A stretch of DNA of 64,000 nucleotides from the human T2T-CHM13v2.0 reference genome, Homo sapiens, in assembly GCF_009914755.1 (NCBI RefSeq), contig NC_060943.1. The stretch is one strand, 5' to 3'. The notes below the pieces were generated by a model. That model saw only the letters and a list, made by a program, of their open reading frames with translations, was not told where the DNA came from and searched no databases. Below, in pieces: positions 29,481 to 46,579 of this stretch. The position numbers and the translations under genes are program-made. Position 1 is the first letter of the stretch. Each line of letters opens with the position of its first letter.

Positions 29481-30913
29481 GACCATTTCTCAGCCTGGGT
29501 CAGAGATGGACCCAGTTCAGATGGATAAAGGTGGCTGGATCAAGCTGCCATTCCTACTAAAACTGTTTAACTACATTAAAAATCACCACATTTCTGGTCT
29601 TGCCAGTACCATCTTCCTCCTCCAACCAACATGCATAGTTTTCAACCCATTTTAGGACAGATGTGTCATTTCACACCAGCTCTCAACATTGCATTCAAAA
29701 CCTAACAGATATGCTTTGAGACTGGAGTAGCCACGGGTCAGGCATGGTAGAGACTCCATTACAGTGCCGCTCCCCCTGTGACCTCAGCATTGCTATCTTT
29801 TAGTGAAGCTGTAAGACTAGTAAAAGACAAACATGATTTTCTCCAGGCTTGTTTGCTCCTCTCTGGGTATGAGGCAGCAGCATATCAGAATGAAACAGAA
29901 CTGGGGGCTACAACCCTAGAAAACTGAGCTCAATCAAACTGGAAAATACATATTCTCCAACCAAAGCCATAAGGTTCTCTTCTCAGATGCCAACAGCTGT
30001 GACAAATCTGCATTTCCCTTGTTTTCAGTCACTCTCTCTGGGCCCTCTTGGATCCCTTGCACACACCTCCATCAGCCTGCCTCTGGGAATTGTCAGCTGC
30101 AGTTAGTGGGACAGCTAGGCTGGGTCGAGAGAGGCAGCCCTCTCCAGAGCCACCAAAATCATCAGACAGTGAGAATGCAGCAGACACGGTCCTGCAGTAG
30201 ATGTGGTCCTTCTCTGAAGGACTAAGTGGATTACCGAGAATGCTGGCCACAGGGAACTCTTGATGGCATTTGTGAAATGGTTACAAACACAAAACCTGCT
30301 GCCTTTATTTATGGTCAACCACTGAACATCTTTCCAAGCCTAGCCTGTAATCCTCAGTGCTAAAATAATAAGGTAGGCAAGCTGTGTTTCTTGATTCTAA
30401 GAGTCTATGATTCTGCCCTAGAAAACAAAGTTTATAGTTGCTGAGGCAGGATCCTCAGGGTTGGCTTTTCTCCCTACCCCTGATACATGACCAGTGAAAA
30501 CCACAACTACAATTCTAAGCCCCCCAACTGACTGAATAGACTCCCTCTTGGCTAAGGAAATCCCAAAGAAACCCAAAAAACTAGTTCAGGCCATAGTGGG
30601 AAGGAACGTTCACACATGCCTTCCTTTGGAGTTTAGGTAAAACTGGCCAGCATTAACATTAGAACAGAAATCATAAGACTGACAAGATAGACCGTTTGTA
30701 GCAATAAGACACCAAATTCCAACCTGACTCAAGTAGAGCATTATAAAACAGCAGATGCTGCTTTGAAGAAAATCAAAGTGTTTTCTCTCTAAATATGTTT
30801 CTTTAACATATTTTGAAATGACCCTACAAAGATTTCTTTTGTGGGGGAAATTTGTATTCTGTAGAGAATCTCCTTCCCTTACTAGGTCTTTTCCAGAGAG
30901 TCTGACATCCTTT

Positions 30914-31817
<904 letters not shown>

Positions 31818-32632
31818 TAAGGCTGGCTTCAAGCTTTTCAGGCATAGGTTAACCTTTTCAACCTATTGCCAATCAAAAAAAAAATCTTTGAATCCATCTA
31901 TGACCTAGAATCCCCTGGCTTCAAGACATCCTGTCTTTCTGGGTCAAACCGATGTATACTTTCCATGTATTGATTTATGTTTTTGCCTACATCTGTCTTA
32001 CTAAAATTCATAAAACCAAACTGTAACCCAATCAATAGGTTCCCAGGACCTCCTGAGACTGTATCACAAACCATGGATCTTAACCTAGGAAAAAAAAAAA
32101 CTCTAAATTGATTGAGATCTGTCTTAGATAGTTTTTGGTTTATACCAACAGCACATCCACCAGCTGTTTTTCTCACTAGGTCAACCAGTAAAATCAGTAA
32201 AATGCAATCACTTTCAATTTCCTCCTCACCCACAAATCTCTTCTTTGAGCAAAACTTTGCACGTCCACCATGTTGCTAAGACAGGCTCTTGAGGACTCCT
32301 CCCAAGGGGAGTAGCTAAGTCAGGTGTGGAGGCTAGCGAAGAGGCCTTTGGGGGCAAAGGGGGAATCTCCCTCTGTGGATAGATGCTGGGGTATGAGCAC
32401 AGAGAAAAGCTGCCTCTTTTAGCCTATTTTTCCCCAATATCTGTTTTACTTTCATAACAATTCCTTAAACATTCTTTCATCACAGTCTTAACAATGACTT
32501 TATGAACAGGAATTCTTAAAAAATGTTTGCAATAATGTCACTTCTGAAGAATGTTCTCCTGCCTTCACCTGCCTTCCAGACTCCAACAAGCTTTGCTTCT
32601 GTCTCCCACCCACACGCACCACTAATGTCTCT

Positions 32633-33110
32633 TGTGAAAGGAAAATAAATCTTGAGGCCCCCAAATCACTAAGCTTAAGGAAAAAGTCAGGCTGGGAACT
32701 GCTTAGGGCCAACCTGCCTCCCATTCTACTCAAAGTCACCCCTCTGCTCCCCTGACCTAGATGCATATCTGATTTGTCTGCTTTTGGAAAGGCTAATCAG
32801 AAACTCAAAAGAATGCAACCATTTGTCTCACCTATCTGTGACCTGAAAGCCCCCTCCCCGCTTCATGTCTTCAAGTGTGCCACCCTTTGCTTCAAGTGTG
32901 CCACCTTTCCAGGCTGAAGCAATGTACTTTTTACATACATTGATTGATGTCTCATGTCTCCCTAAAATGTATAAAACTAAGCGGTGCCCCGACCACTTTA
33001 GGCACATGTCCTTAGGACTTCCTGAGGCTGTGTCACGGATGCGTCCTCAACCTTGGCAAAAGAAACTTTCTAAATTAACTGAGATCTGTCTCAGATTTTC
33101 TGGTTTTACA
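32633..33110 (+). mobile_element. MER4A1 solo LTR
   Basis: TGTGAAAGGAAAATAAATCTTG...TTTTACA; exact TSD CTCT. Confidence 0.9.
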
Positions 33111-33114
33111 CTCT

Positions 33115-33560
33115 GTTGTCTTAGTCTGAGCTCCTCAGAAGCAGACACTGAGATAATGTGTCCCTTGAGTGCAAGGGGAATATTGGAAAGACAATCTTAG
33201 GCAGCATTTGTAGATGAGTCGGGTATGAGACAGGACGGGAAGGCAGCCGACACAGGGCACATTCAGGGATGGTGTGGCCTCAGGCAGCTGTGGCCCCATA
33301 CCCTCAGGGGGACCTTTGGGAAATGATGTGACACTCAGGACAGTCCCACAGTAGGGACAAGGATCCGAGGTGTTTCCCTACCACTCCTATTGGTTATCAC
33401 TGAGGGTACTCCCCAGGGTGTCAGTGTCCTGAACTCTCAATTTACCCTGCTTATGATGCAGGAGAAAGCCTTCAGGTCTTGGAGAGTGACAGACACTCAC
33501 AGAAATATACCAGGAACACATACAGGAAGCACCGAGGGGATCCAGGCAGGACACCAACCG
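33115..33560 (-). mobile_element. LTR16C-like LTR
   Basis: TGTCTTAGTCTGAGCTCCTCAGAAGCAGACACTGAGA...GAGACAGGACGGGAAGGCAGCC. Confidence 0.65.
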
Positions 33561-34477
33561 CCTCTTCAAGTCCCCTAGCCTGCTGGTTTCAGCTGTGCCG
33601 TGGCTGTCACTCCTGTGAGCCCCACACCCTCCTGGAATCAGAAACTGCCTGCCATCTCTCTGTCTCTACAACACCCCTCAGAAGACTCAGTTCATAGCAG
33701 ATGCTCAGCAAATGCTTTCAAAAGAAACAGAAGCAGTAGTATGAGGTAATTGTTGACCAAGAAAACTCAGAAAACATTTATTTGGGCAAGAAAGTAGAAT
33801 GAAGAAACCCACCAATTCCTAGTGGAGGGGAAGAAGATTGGAGAGGGATCTTCAGGGCATGGCATAAAGCCTGTTCCGATGGAGAAACCAACCATCCTGA
33901 TTCCCCCTTGCTGCCTTGGGAGCCACTTGGCATTAAAAGGTAGCTTTCCAGGGCAAAGACTTCCCCTGGAGAGACTGCAAAGATCTCCTGTCCTCCCTAT
34001 AAGTCAGCAAACAGGCATGACTGTACGTTTTTGGTTTTGTCTGTGTCTTTCTGGTCTTCCCAGCCATCAGAGAAGAGAGGATTGGGCTTTCTTCCATTTA
34101 AGTTCTGGGCTGTAAAGGCACTTCCTGAGTAGGCCTGAGGGGCTGTGGTGAGAGAATAGGGCTTTGTGTAGAGGGGCAGCCTGGGTGGAGGCTGCCTGGG
34201 AAGCAGACTGTTGGGAGGGTGTGAGAAGGTGCCCTGCAGCACAGTTCTTGCCTGAAGACCTCCTGGCTCTCACCTGCTTCCCCACGTCTGCTACTAGCAC
34301 TGCTCCATCTGGTTGCCTTCAAGGAAACCCTCCAATATCCCCTGTCTCCTTCCCCAGGATAACTTTAAGATCAAAAAGTGTATGACAAGAGATGGAGAAG
34401 AGGAGCTTCTGCACTTGGTTGGAGAAAAGAAAGGGAACAAGTGGAATTTGTGCCAAGGAACCTGGAGCTTGCATTTA

Positions 34478-34575
34478 ATTCAGACTGATTCAGCTGGGCT
34501 AGGCTCTGTGACTCTGCACTTGTAACGAGTTCCAGGTGATCCCCATGGTGCTGGTCAGACACTTCAGTGAGCAGC
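34478..34575. mobile_element. MER5A fragment (hAT-Charlie)
   Basis: CTGATTCAGCTGGGCT...TAACGAGTTCCAGGTGAT...GCTGGTC. Confidence 0.5.
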
Positions 34576-34668
34576 AAGTCACCAGGTGCCTGAGCTGGTG
34601 CACTGCGGAGTGCACACATCTATTACAGCCACAAATTACACAAGGCCCTCTCCTTTGGCTAGAAATTA

Positions 34669-35427
34669 CATGGGGCTTTGATTGCATTTCTTTCATGATT
34701 AGTGATGTGAGGCATTTTTTCATATGTTTGTTGACCATTCCTATTATGTCTTCTTTTGAGAAATATCTGTTCATGTCCTTTGCCCATTTTTCTACAGGAT
34801 TGCTTGGTTTTTTTCTTGTTACTTTGTTTAAGTTCCTTACAGATTCTAGATATTAGTCTTTTGTTGGATGCATCATTTTTGAATATTTTCTCCCATTCTG
34901 TAGGTTGCCTGTTTACCCTGTTGATAGTTTCTCTTACTGTACAGAAACTCTTTAGTTTAATTAGGTCCCGATTGTCAATTCTTGTTTTTGTTGTGTTTAC
35001 TTTTGAGGACTTAGTCATAAATTCTTTGCAGAGGTCAGCGTGGTACATATGTACCACAGACTACTATAGACATGAAAAAAGGATGAAATCCTGTCCTTTG
35101 CAGCAACATGTATGCAACTGGAGGCCATTCTCCTAAGTGAATTAATGCAGAAACAGAAAGTCAAATACACCATGCTTTGACTTGTAAATGGGAGTTAAGC
35201 ATTGAGTATACATGGATGTAAAGATGAGAACAACAGACACTGGGGACTACTAGGTGGGGAGGGAGAAGGCAGAAGGTTGAAAACTAACTATTGGGTACTA
35301 TGTTCTACGTACTATGCTATTTGTGTGATGGGTTCAATAGAAGCCCAAACCTTAGTAACACACAATGTATTTATGTAACAAACCTACGCATGCACCTCCT
35401 GAATCTAAAATAAATGTTTTTAAGGAA
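34669..35427 (+). mobile_element. 5'-inverted L1PB/L1MA-type insertion (minus piece ~34669-35029, plus piece ~35040-35427)
   Basis: ORF 34659-35057(-) [20 protein letters not shown], followed by a sense 3'UTR; degenerate TSD AGAAATTACA/AGAAACTATA. Confidence 0.8.
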
Positions 35428-35456
35428 AGAAACTATAAAAAGCTTTAATTTATTAT

Positions 35457-35855
35457 TGTGTCAATCAGAGTCCTTGCAGTAAAGAGATGGCTCACCTAAA
35501 TTGGACAATTTGAGGAGAGAATAATATTGCTATTTTATACATGATATCTTAATGAAGATATCATGTGTAAAAGTGTGGGCAGAGTGTAGGAAATCCAAAA
35601 GAATAGTGCAACATCCCAGGGCCAGTCACACAGTAGAGGAGAGGGCCTTTGATGGGAGCCTTGGCCTTTGGCCAAGAGAGACAGCCAGCCCAAATAATCC
35701 AGAAAAAAAACAACTCCCCTCCTTCCCTCTGATCTCCTCTGCCCTCTCATGGGTCAAACGCAAACCTGGATCAAGGAAACGCTGCCTGCCCAGGTCAGCC
35801 TCCTGGGGCCTTAACAGAGTGGAGCAGAGTAAAGGGGGTATGAAGGGGCACAGTT
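35457..35855 (-). mobile_element. LTR33-like LTR
   Basis: Reverse complement of the same family as 16960-17153. Confidence 0.6.
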
Positions 35856-35933
35856 AAATGTCTACATGTTGTAAGTCCTTGTTCAGCTGCCTAAGCTTTT
35901 TCTGAGCAAGTTCAGGAATATATTAATATAAAC

Positions 35934-36140
35934 CAGGGATAGGCAGCACTGTTTGTAAATTACCAGCTAGCAGATATCTTAGTCTTTGCAGACCAGACTA
36001 TCTCTGTCACAGACACTCAACTTGGCCTTTGTAGTGAGAAAGCAGCTGTATGCACGCAGTAAACCATGAGTGTAGCTGCTTCTAACACAATGCCACTCAC
36101 AAAGGCAGGCCTGCGGGTCAAATGCACTTTGCCCACCCTG
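35934..36140 (+). mobile_element. MER58A (hAT MITE)
   Basis: CAGGG...CCCTG termini; 8-bp TSD ATA(T/G)AAAC. Confidence 0.85.
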
Positions 36141-37269
36141 ATAGAAACACACTCACACATTCTCTCTCTTCCTCCCCACTCCTCCTCATTCTTTCTCCCC
36201 CTCCAAGCGTGTGCTGCAACAGGAGGAGGTGAAACTGGATCTGATTTGGGGACAAGGATGGTTTGCAGAGAGGAATCGGTGAACAGTGGTGGGAAAGGAA
36301 AAGAAACATCCAGAGGAGATTGGTGAGCAAAAGTAGGAGTCATCTTTGTGTAAGAGGGAAATAGATTTTTTTTTAAAAATGGTTTAACTATGAGGACTAT
36401 GCAAATCAGGCAAAAACAATCAGGGCCACCTTCAAGAGGCATTAGGGAGACACAGGAATGGGGGTCCCAGGAGGATGGCCCCGGCAGGAGGACAGGCCAC
36501 CACACAGCATCCCCACAACGGCCCCAGTGAGAGCTGCAGAAAGGCTGTTTACTGTGCTGGATCCCACACCAAACTACTGATTAACTGTGTCACAGCTTAA
36601 ATGTGTCATTTTGTCAGCAAACTTGTATCTTCCTACAAGCTGTTAATTAACGTGTCAGAAAAAGCGACTTGCAGAAGGCTTCTCGGTGCAAAACAGGAGC
36701 CCAAAACCAACCACTAAGCAGCACATTCAGAAATGGCTCCTGACAGACATGCACAGATATGGAGCAGATGCGGTCTGCCGGCCAGCATTCTAACACACAG
36801 CATTCTAATCCCAAATCCTTGGGAGCCTCAAGGAATGACCAGCTGTGCATCATGGGGAAAGGGCGGCAGTGGGCAGAGGCCCAGGACAGCTCTACTTAAG
36901 GCTCTGGGAGACTGTAGCGGAGACAGCCCCGGCCCCATCCTCTCTGCCTTAATCACCTACAGGCATCCTGCCGTTGTCCACACTGCCCCACCTGGTGCTC
37001 TCTCTGCACAGGGATGGGGTCAGGCTGGATACAGGAGGGCACTAATGCTACTCCCCTCCCCAGCAGCCCTCAGGCAAAGACAGAGACAAGCTGAAGTCAG
37101 AAGACACATAACCAGCATTCTCAGCCCTCAGTGGAACAACTATCACATGACACCCATGTCCCTTACTAAAGGTCCCATGCTAACACTGAACCCCTGCTGC
37201 CCACGATGACAGATAATCTGCTCATATTGTCTGTGGCACCACCCCCACCCCCCACCACGCCCATCTCAC

Positions 37270-37346
37270 TACCATAGTTCCTGCAAACGCTTGTGTTCAC
37301 ATCCTTGTCTCAGGGCCTGCTTCTTGGAAAACTCAGCCTCAGGCAC
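37270..37346 (+). mobile_element. LTR16-type 3' end fragment
   Basis: ATCCTTGTCTCAGGGCCTGCTTCTTGGAAAACTCAGCCTCAGGCA. Confidence 0.5.
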
Positions 37347-37789
37347 TTATGTCCCACTCTCCTGGGGATGAGGAATCGAGTACCCAGTCTTGGGAAAGCC
37401 CTTGCTTCCCAGCCACGATCAGAGGGAAGCATGCTAACTCATCTGGGCTCGGGCATCAGGGCATCCAGAGAGGAATAAACTGGTTCCCATCAGGAGATCA
37501 TCGTAAGTTAGGGTTAAGCAACTACCATTCATTGACTTGTGGCCAGCATGAATCTCTGCACTCACCATGAAGTCTCCTTGCACCTGTCTGCCCCTTCCTA
37601 CCTGGCAAATCCCAACCCAAAGCCATGGTATGTCCAAAATGTCACATTTCTGTTTTGTTTTTAAGTTACCGTAATTTCAACTCTGAGCCCACATTCCTCT
37701 AGCTTCTGTCATTCTCAGAACTGCCCATTCTTTGAAAACCAAATCCAACCTCACCCAAGTGGCACAAAGGTCCTAGTTAAGGCATGAAC

Positions 37790-37996
37790 CATAGAATCAG
37801 ATGACCTAGATCTTAATTCTGCCTCTGCAAATTATTAGCTGGGTCACCTTGGGTGAGCTGTTGACTTTTGTGAGCCTCAGTTTCCCCATCTGTATAAAGA
37901 AGATAAGAACAGTAACTGCCTCATGGGGATGTTGAGGATTGAATGAGGTAATATGCGCAAAGCACTTAGGACAGCACCTGGAACTTGGTGAGCTCC
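37790..37996 (+). mobile_element. MIR
   Basis: GAGCCTCAGTTTCCCCATCTGTA core and 3' region. Confidence 0.88.
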
Positions 37997-38464
37997 ACAG
38001 AAGTGTCCATCCCAGGTACACGGCCCCTCCAGGCTGGCCCTTCTGCTGCTGAACTTCAGGTTTATAAATCTCAGGAAACAGACACATTGCAAGTCTCTGA
38101 TCCTGAAAGCCACAAGCCTCCCCCAACCTTCCATCAGGAAGGAATCTAATTTGAGTCCTGCAAAATCCTTCCCACTCTCTGTGTTCCTCCGTGACGTCCC
38201 TCTCCAATCTCCTCCCTGGCGTACCTCCCCGAGGGGCTTCAGAGACAGCAACCAGGACAGGCCGCCTTGCCAACTATGCTGTGCTCTGCCCTCCATTCCT
38301 CCTCGAGGCAAGAAAGAAGGGGCTGTAGAGCCCTGGGATAGGGAATGGCAATAAGAGAAGTAGAGAGAAAGCGCCCATGAACACCACAGAGGGAATTACC
38401 TGCTGCATGTTCGTCATCGTGGAATGGTTATGAATGACTGAGTGTGCAGCAGGCACTGTGCTGA

Positions 38465-38923
<459 letters not shown>

Positions 38924-39852
38924 AGAAATCTCCATTTTTAATAAACATACCTGCGGACTGGAATGTAGATCGTCCTCAGGCCCTACCTTGAAGACAAGCC
39001 TAGGCCTAAAATGTTAAATACCAGGGGAAAGCAGCCAGTAAGTGCACAGAGTTCAGAAATTGCAGTTGAGTGCATTATGGTGTGACTTTATCTCTTCTGT
39101 CCGGTGTTGGCAAGGAGAAGCTGCCTCCTATTTCCTTATGTTCTGCAGCAAGCATGGTGTCATACAAGGAAGCTGCGAGGTATGGGTCCCTCAAATGATT
39201 GACTGGGGAAGAGACGGGAGGGGCTGGCAAGAACACAAAGTACAGTCAGTTACCCACCGCCTGCTGCCAACATTGCATTGGCAGAGCAAGCTGCCAGCTT
39301 CTTGATGATCCTGAACTCTCCTGCAAGTAGAGGCAAAGCAAAAGCAAGTGTGAAACATGCACGTGTATTCTCCGAAGAGGTTGACCCATGAACATGCATG
39401 GCATTGGCCAGTCCCAACAGCCTTGAGCTACTTGTGTGACACCACCACAGCTCCAGCGTAATTATCTGTCTCTCTCCTTCACCTGTCTCAGGAAGCCAGG
39501 CCAACCTGAAGACAGCACATGTAGGCTCTGGCTACGTCTCTCTTGGTGATCTAGCCCAGCCTGGGACACCTCCACCTGTCTCCGTCTCCTGGAAAAAGGG
39601 CCCCGGGACTTTGGAGTATGGCCTGCCCATAATGAGGGAGGTCTTTAGCATGATTCTCAGTTGTAAGCTTGGGCTAGACTTGCAGATTTAGAATTTTTTT
39701 CTCCGATTAAAAAAGCACATTCATATATGCCTTACCCAAGAGGAAATTCTGAAGATAGGAAATATCATCAAACGAATCAGGGTAAATGTTTGAATTGTCC
39801 AAACATTATTTGCATGCCTCAATTTTGTGTAATATCCCTTTAAGTGATTTTA

Positions 39853-40140
39853 TTATTTATTTATTTAAGAGACTGGGTCTTGCTCTGTCACCCAGGCTGG
39901 AGTGTACTTAGGCTAAAGTGATCCTCCCACCTCAGCCTCCTAAGTAGCTGGGACCACAGGTTAATTAAAAAATTAACCAAACCTGGCTAATTATTTTAAT
40001 TTTTAATTTTGTTTTCTTTTTATAGAGATTGAGTCTCCCTGTGTTGCCCAGGCTAGTCTCAAACTCCTGGCCTCAAGCAGTCCTCCTGCCTTGGCCTCCA
40101 AAAATGTGGGGATTACAAGCCTGAGCCACCATGCCTGGCT
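39853..40140 (-). mobile_element. AluJ with an internal deletion
   Basis: Antisense Alu; 15-bp TSD CTTTAAGTGATTTTA. Confidence 0.9.
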
Positions 40141-41576
40141 TCTTTAAGTGATTTTAAATAAGAAAGGAGGAACGGTGATAATAAAGAAAAGAGGAACAGA
40201 TTAAGAAGAAAGTGGAGAGGGAGGGAAAGGAAGAGAGAAAAGAAGCAAGGATGCATGCGGAGGCTGGAGGCAGGGGAATTGCGTCTGGCCCGCCCTCTGC
40301 CATGAAATCCCGACCTTGCAAGTTTCCACGATCTTGCATAGGGAATCATGAGACTTCAGGCTTTTGTCTCCATCAGAAACCAATCAGAGCCAGGTACACT
40401 GCTGGAAGCAGCTCCTGCTTGCAGAGGATGCCAGGTGGACAGTGGCAGTCCCCTCCCCACTGAAGCCTCTGGGTGAGCAGCTAATTCCCACCCTGACACA
40501 TAGACATCTGAGAAATTTTGGCATTCTTTTCCAGTAGTAGCCACCTACACTGTACTCTGATGACAGCCTCCCTTAAGCAGAATGCCAGAGCTCGGCAACA
40601 CAACCAGGAGACTATCACTGTCTCCAAGGCTTGGGTTTGTTGTGCATTCTTGTTGATTTCAAAACAAGGCAAAAAAGCACACCCCTCATGTGAAAAAGTA
40701 AATAAATAAATCAGGCTGGACCTGCCCCTCCTGCTATGAAAAATCAAAGTGTTCCTTTTCCTGGGTTCTATTAGAGAAAGGAGCAGCTCAAGTTCAAAGC
40801 CAGAAGCAGGAGAATTGAAGGAGGACATGGAAGCATTCTCTCCCCTTAAAGAAAGTGCAGATCCCATGAAAGATAACCCATGAAGGTTATCTTTCAGGAA
40901 CTCTAGTCCTAACTTGATTAGTGTCTGTGCTAGGATTGAGAAGTCCAAGGGAACACGTGCCAGGGTTGCATATGGGGCTGAGGAGGGGAAGCCTCACGCC
41001 TGGCAGTCCCTGGCCTGGGGTATGCCATACAGCACCTTGGTTCCAAGCCTGTCTCTCTCATCATCCATCTCTCTCTCCCCCTGGGAATACCCAACACACT
41101 AAACCCTATCAATCTCCATAAAACACCACTGCATGTACAACACCCCTTGCCCGTAATGCTTGCTTGGTTCTCCACTTCCAAAAACCCAGCCTTTCGGGCC
41201 CCTGCTTTGGCCCACTTGTTGCTTCCTGTGGGCTAGTCAGGCCAGAGGCCCACTCAGACACCAAAATGACAGCATTCATCACCAGCTCCAAACTTGGACC
41301 TGTACTGCCCTTTCAACTTGCTCCTCCCCTTCCCCATTCAAATCTCCACCAACTTTCAAGCCTTATCCACTCAGGAAGGCCTTTATCCATCTCATCGCTG
41401 AGTCCCAGCTCTATGCCAGGCACTGTTCTAGGCACCAGGACTGTTGGTACCTCCTTTCCCCAAGATCTCAAAACACCTGTTTGTTCCATGTTTTCAGCCA
41501 CTTGTTGAATACTGTCCCAGAGTTTCCCTCATTAATCATAGGAGATCATTCAATGAGTCAGTGCCTCACACCTTCC

Positions 41577-41867
41577 TTATTTTTTTAGACGGTGTCTCAC
41601 TCTGTCGCCCAGGCTGGAGTGCAATGGCTCAATCTAGGCTCACTGCCACCTCCGCCTCCTGGTTTCAAGTGATTCTCCTGCCTCCGCATCCCAAGTAGTT
41701 GGGATTACAGGCACCCACAACTACACCTGGCTAATTTTTGTATCTTTAGTAGAGACAGGGTTTCACCATGTTGGCCAGGCTGTTCTTGGACTTCTGGCCT
41801 CAGGTGATCTGCCCACCTCAACCTCCTAAACTGCTGGGATTACAGGTGTGAGCCACCATGTTTGGCC
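41577..41867 (-). mobile_element. AluSx
   Basis: Antisense Alu; TSD ACACCTTCC. Confidence 0.93.
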
Positions 41868-41984
41868 ACACCTTCCATTTTATACCCAGCCATTATTTTC
41901 TCTCTGGAAGCTTAGGGGGATGACCAGAATGCCAGCAAAGAGCAGATTTTCATGCAAGCAGCCAACAAACTCATTTTTAAAAGT

Positions 41985-43170
41985 TCAACATCACATCATC
42001 AGAGAAATGCAAACTAAAACCATGGTGAGATAACATTTTACACCAATCAGAATATCCATTATTACATGGAATCAACTAAATGCCCATAAATGGTAGACTG
42101 GATAAAAAAAAATGTGGTACATACACACCATGGAATACTATGCAGCCATAAAAAGAACAAGATCATGTCCTTTGCAGGGACATGAATGGAGCTGGAAGCC
42201 ATTATCCTTAGCAAGCTAACACAGGAACAGAAAATCAAACACTGCATGTTGTGACTGTTAAGTAGAAGCTAAATGATGAGAACATATGGACACATAGAGG
42301 TGAACAACACACACTGGGGCCTAATGGAGGGTAGAGGGTTGGAGGAGGGAGAGGATCAGGAAGAATAACTAATGGGTACTAGGCTTAATATCTGGGTGAT
42401 GAAATAATCTGTACAACAAACCTTCATGACACAAGTTTATCTATCCAACAAGCATGCACATGTACCGCTGAACTTAAAGTAAAACTCAAAAAAATAAAAA
42501 ATAAAAAAACAACAGATTTGTCATGAATACAGAGAAAGGGAAAGGCTCATACCATGTTGGTAGGTACATAAGTTAGTTCATCCTGTATGGAAAACAGTAC
42601 GGAGATGTCTCAGAGAGCTGAAAATAGAACTACCATGTGACCCAGCAATCTCACTACTAGGTATCTACCCAAAGGAAAATATATCATTGTATTAAAAAGA
42701 CGCCTGCATTCAGATGTTCATCACAGCATTATTCACGATAGCAAAGTCATGGAATCAACATAAGTGTCAACCAATACATGATTGGATAAATAAAATGTGC
42801 TATAGATTCACTGTGGAATACTATGCAGCCATAAAAATGAATAAAACCATGTTCTTTGCAGCAACATGAGTGCAGCTGGTGGCCATTATCCTAAGTGAAG
42901 TAACTCAGAAACAGAAAGCCCAATACCACATGTTCTCACCTATAAGTGGGAGCTAAACTATGGGCACACAGAGATACTAGGATGAAAATAATATACACTG
43001 GGGACTCGAAAAGCAGTGAAGGTGAGGAGGTGATGGTTGAAAAATTACCCATTAGGTGAAATGTTTACTATTTGGGGAATGCATACACTAGAAGCCCAAT
43101 TCCCACTAGTGTTCAAAATACCCATGTAATAAATCTGCCCATGTACAGAATCTAACATAAAATATATTTT
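41985..43170 (+). mobile_element. L1PB4/L1MA-type 3' region with a nested L1PA13-15-type 3' end (~42065-42510)
   Basis: Host L1 breaks after ...CCATTATTA and resumes at AACAGATTTG... after a second complete 3'UTR with A-tail. Confidence 0.8.
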
Positions 43171-43186
43171 TTAAAGTACATTTTTA

Positions 43187-43956
<770 letters not shown>

Positions 43957-44083
43957 TTAAGAAAGAAAAGAGAAGATATTTACGGTAGGCAGCTGTGCAG
44001 TGTGCAAAGTTACCATCCCTCATAGCCTGAAATCCTCCAAAAAGCATTAAAAAACTTACAAAATGTTTTCTGAGTGGATTTTT

Positions 44084-46058
<1,975 letters not shown>

Positions 46059-46230
46059 AGTGGATTTTTAGTAAAATTCAGGGAATAACCAGAGACATGG
46101 GGCAAAGCAGCAACAGACAGCAAAAATGAAGAATCCAGGTGCATTTGCTAAGAGTTTAGGGAGGAGTAAGTCTTCTCTAAGTTATGAAATTGAATGTACC
46201 AGAACAAAGAAAACAAATGAAAAACTCACA

Positions 46231-46515
46231 GGCAGGGTGCAGTGGCTCATGCCTGTAATTGGAGCACTTCAGTAGGCCAAGGTGGAAGGATCACTTGAGC
46301 CCAGGAGTTTGAGACCAGCCTTAGCAACATGTCAAGATCCTGTCTTCACAAAAAATACACAGATTAGCAGAGTGTAGTGATGCATGCCCGTGGTCCCAAG
46401 TACTCAGGAAGCTGAGGCAGGAGGATTGCTTGAGCCCAGAAGTTTGAGGCTGCAGTGAACTATGATCATGTCACAGAACTACAGCCTAGGCAGCAGAGTG
46501 AAAAATTCTCTCAGG
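46231..46515 (+). mobile_element. AluJ
   Basis: Diverged Alu; TSD-like GAAAAA(C/T)TCACA flanks the Alu plus the GGAA tract. Confidence 0.9.
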
Positions 46516-46519
46516 TAAA

Positions 46520-46579
46520 GGAAGGAAGGAAGGAAGGAAGGAAGGAAGGAAGGAAGGAAGGAAGGAAGGAAGGAAGGAA
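46520..46579 (+). repeat. (GGAA)15 perfect microsatellite
   Basis: Direct count. Confidence 0.97.

Noticed and set aside
32869-32908. Tandem CTTCAAGTGTGCCACC duplication in MER4A1
   Set aside because: A similar internal repeat is, as I recall, intrinsic to MER4A-family LTRs.
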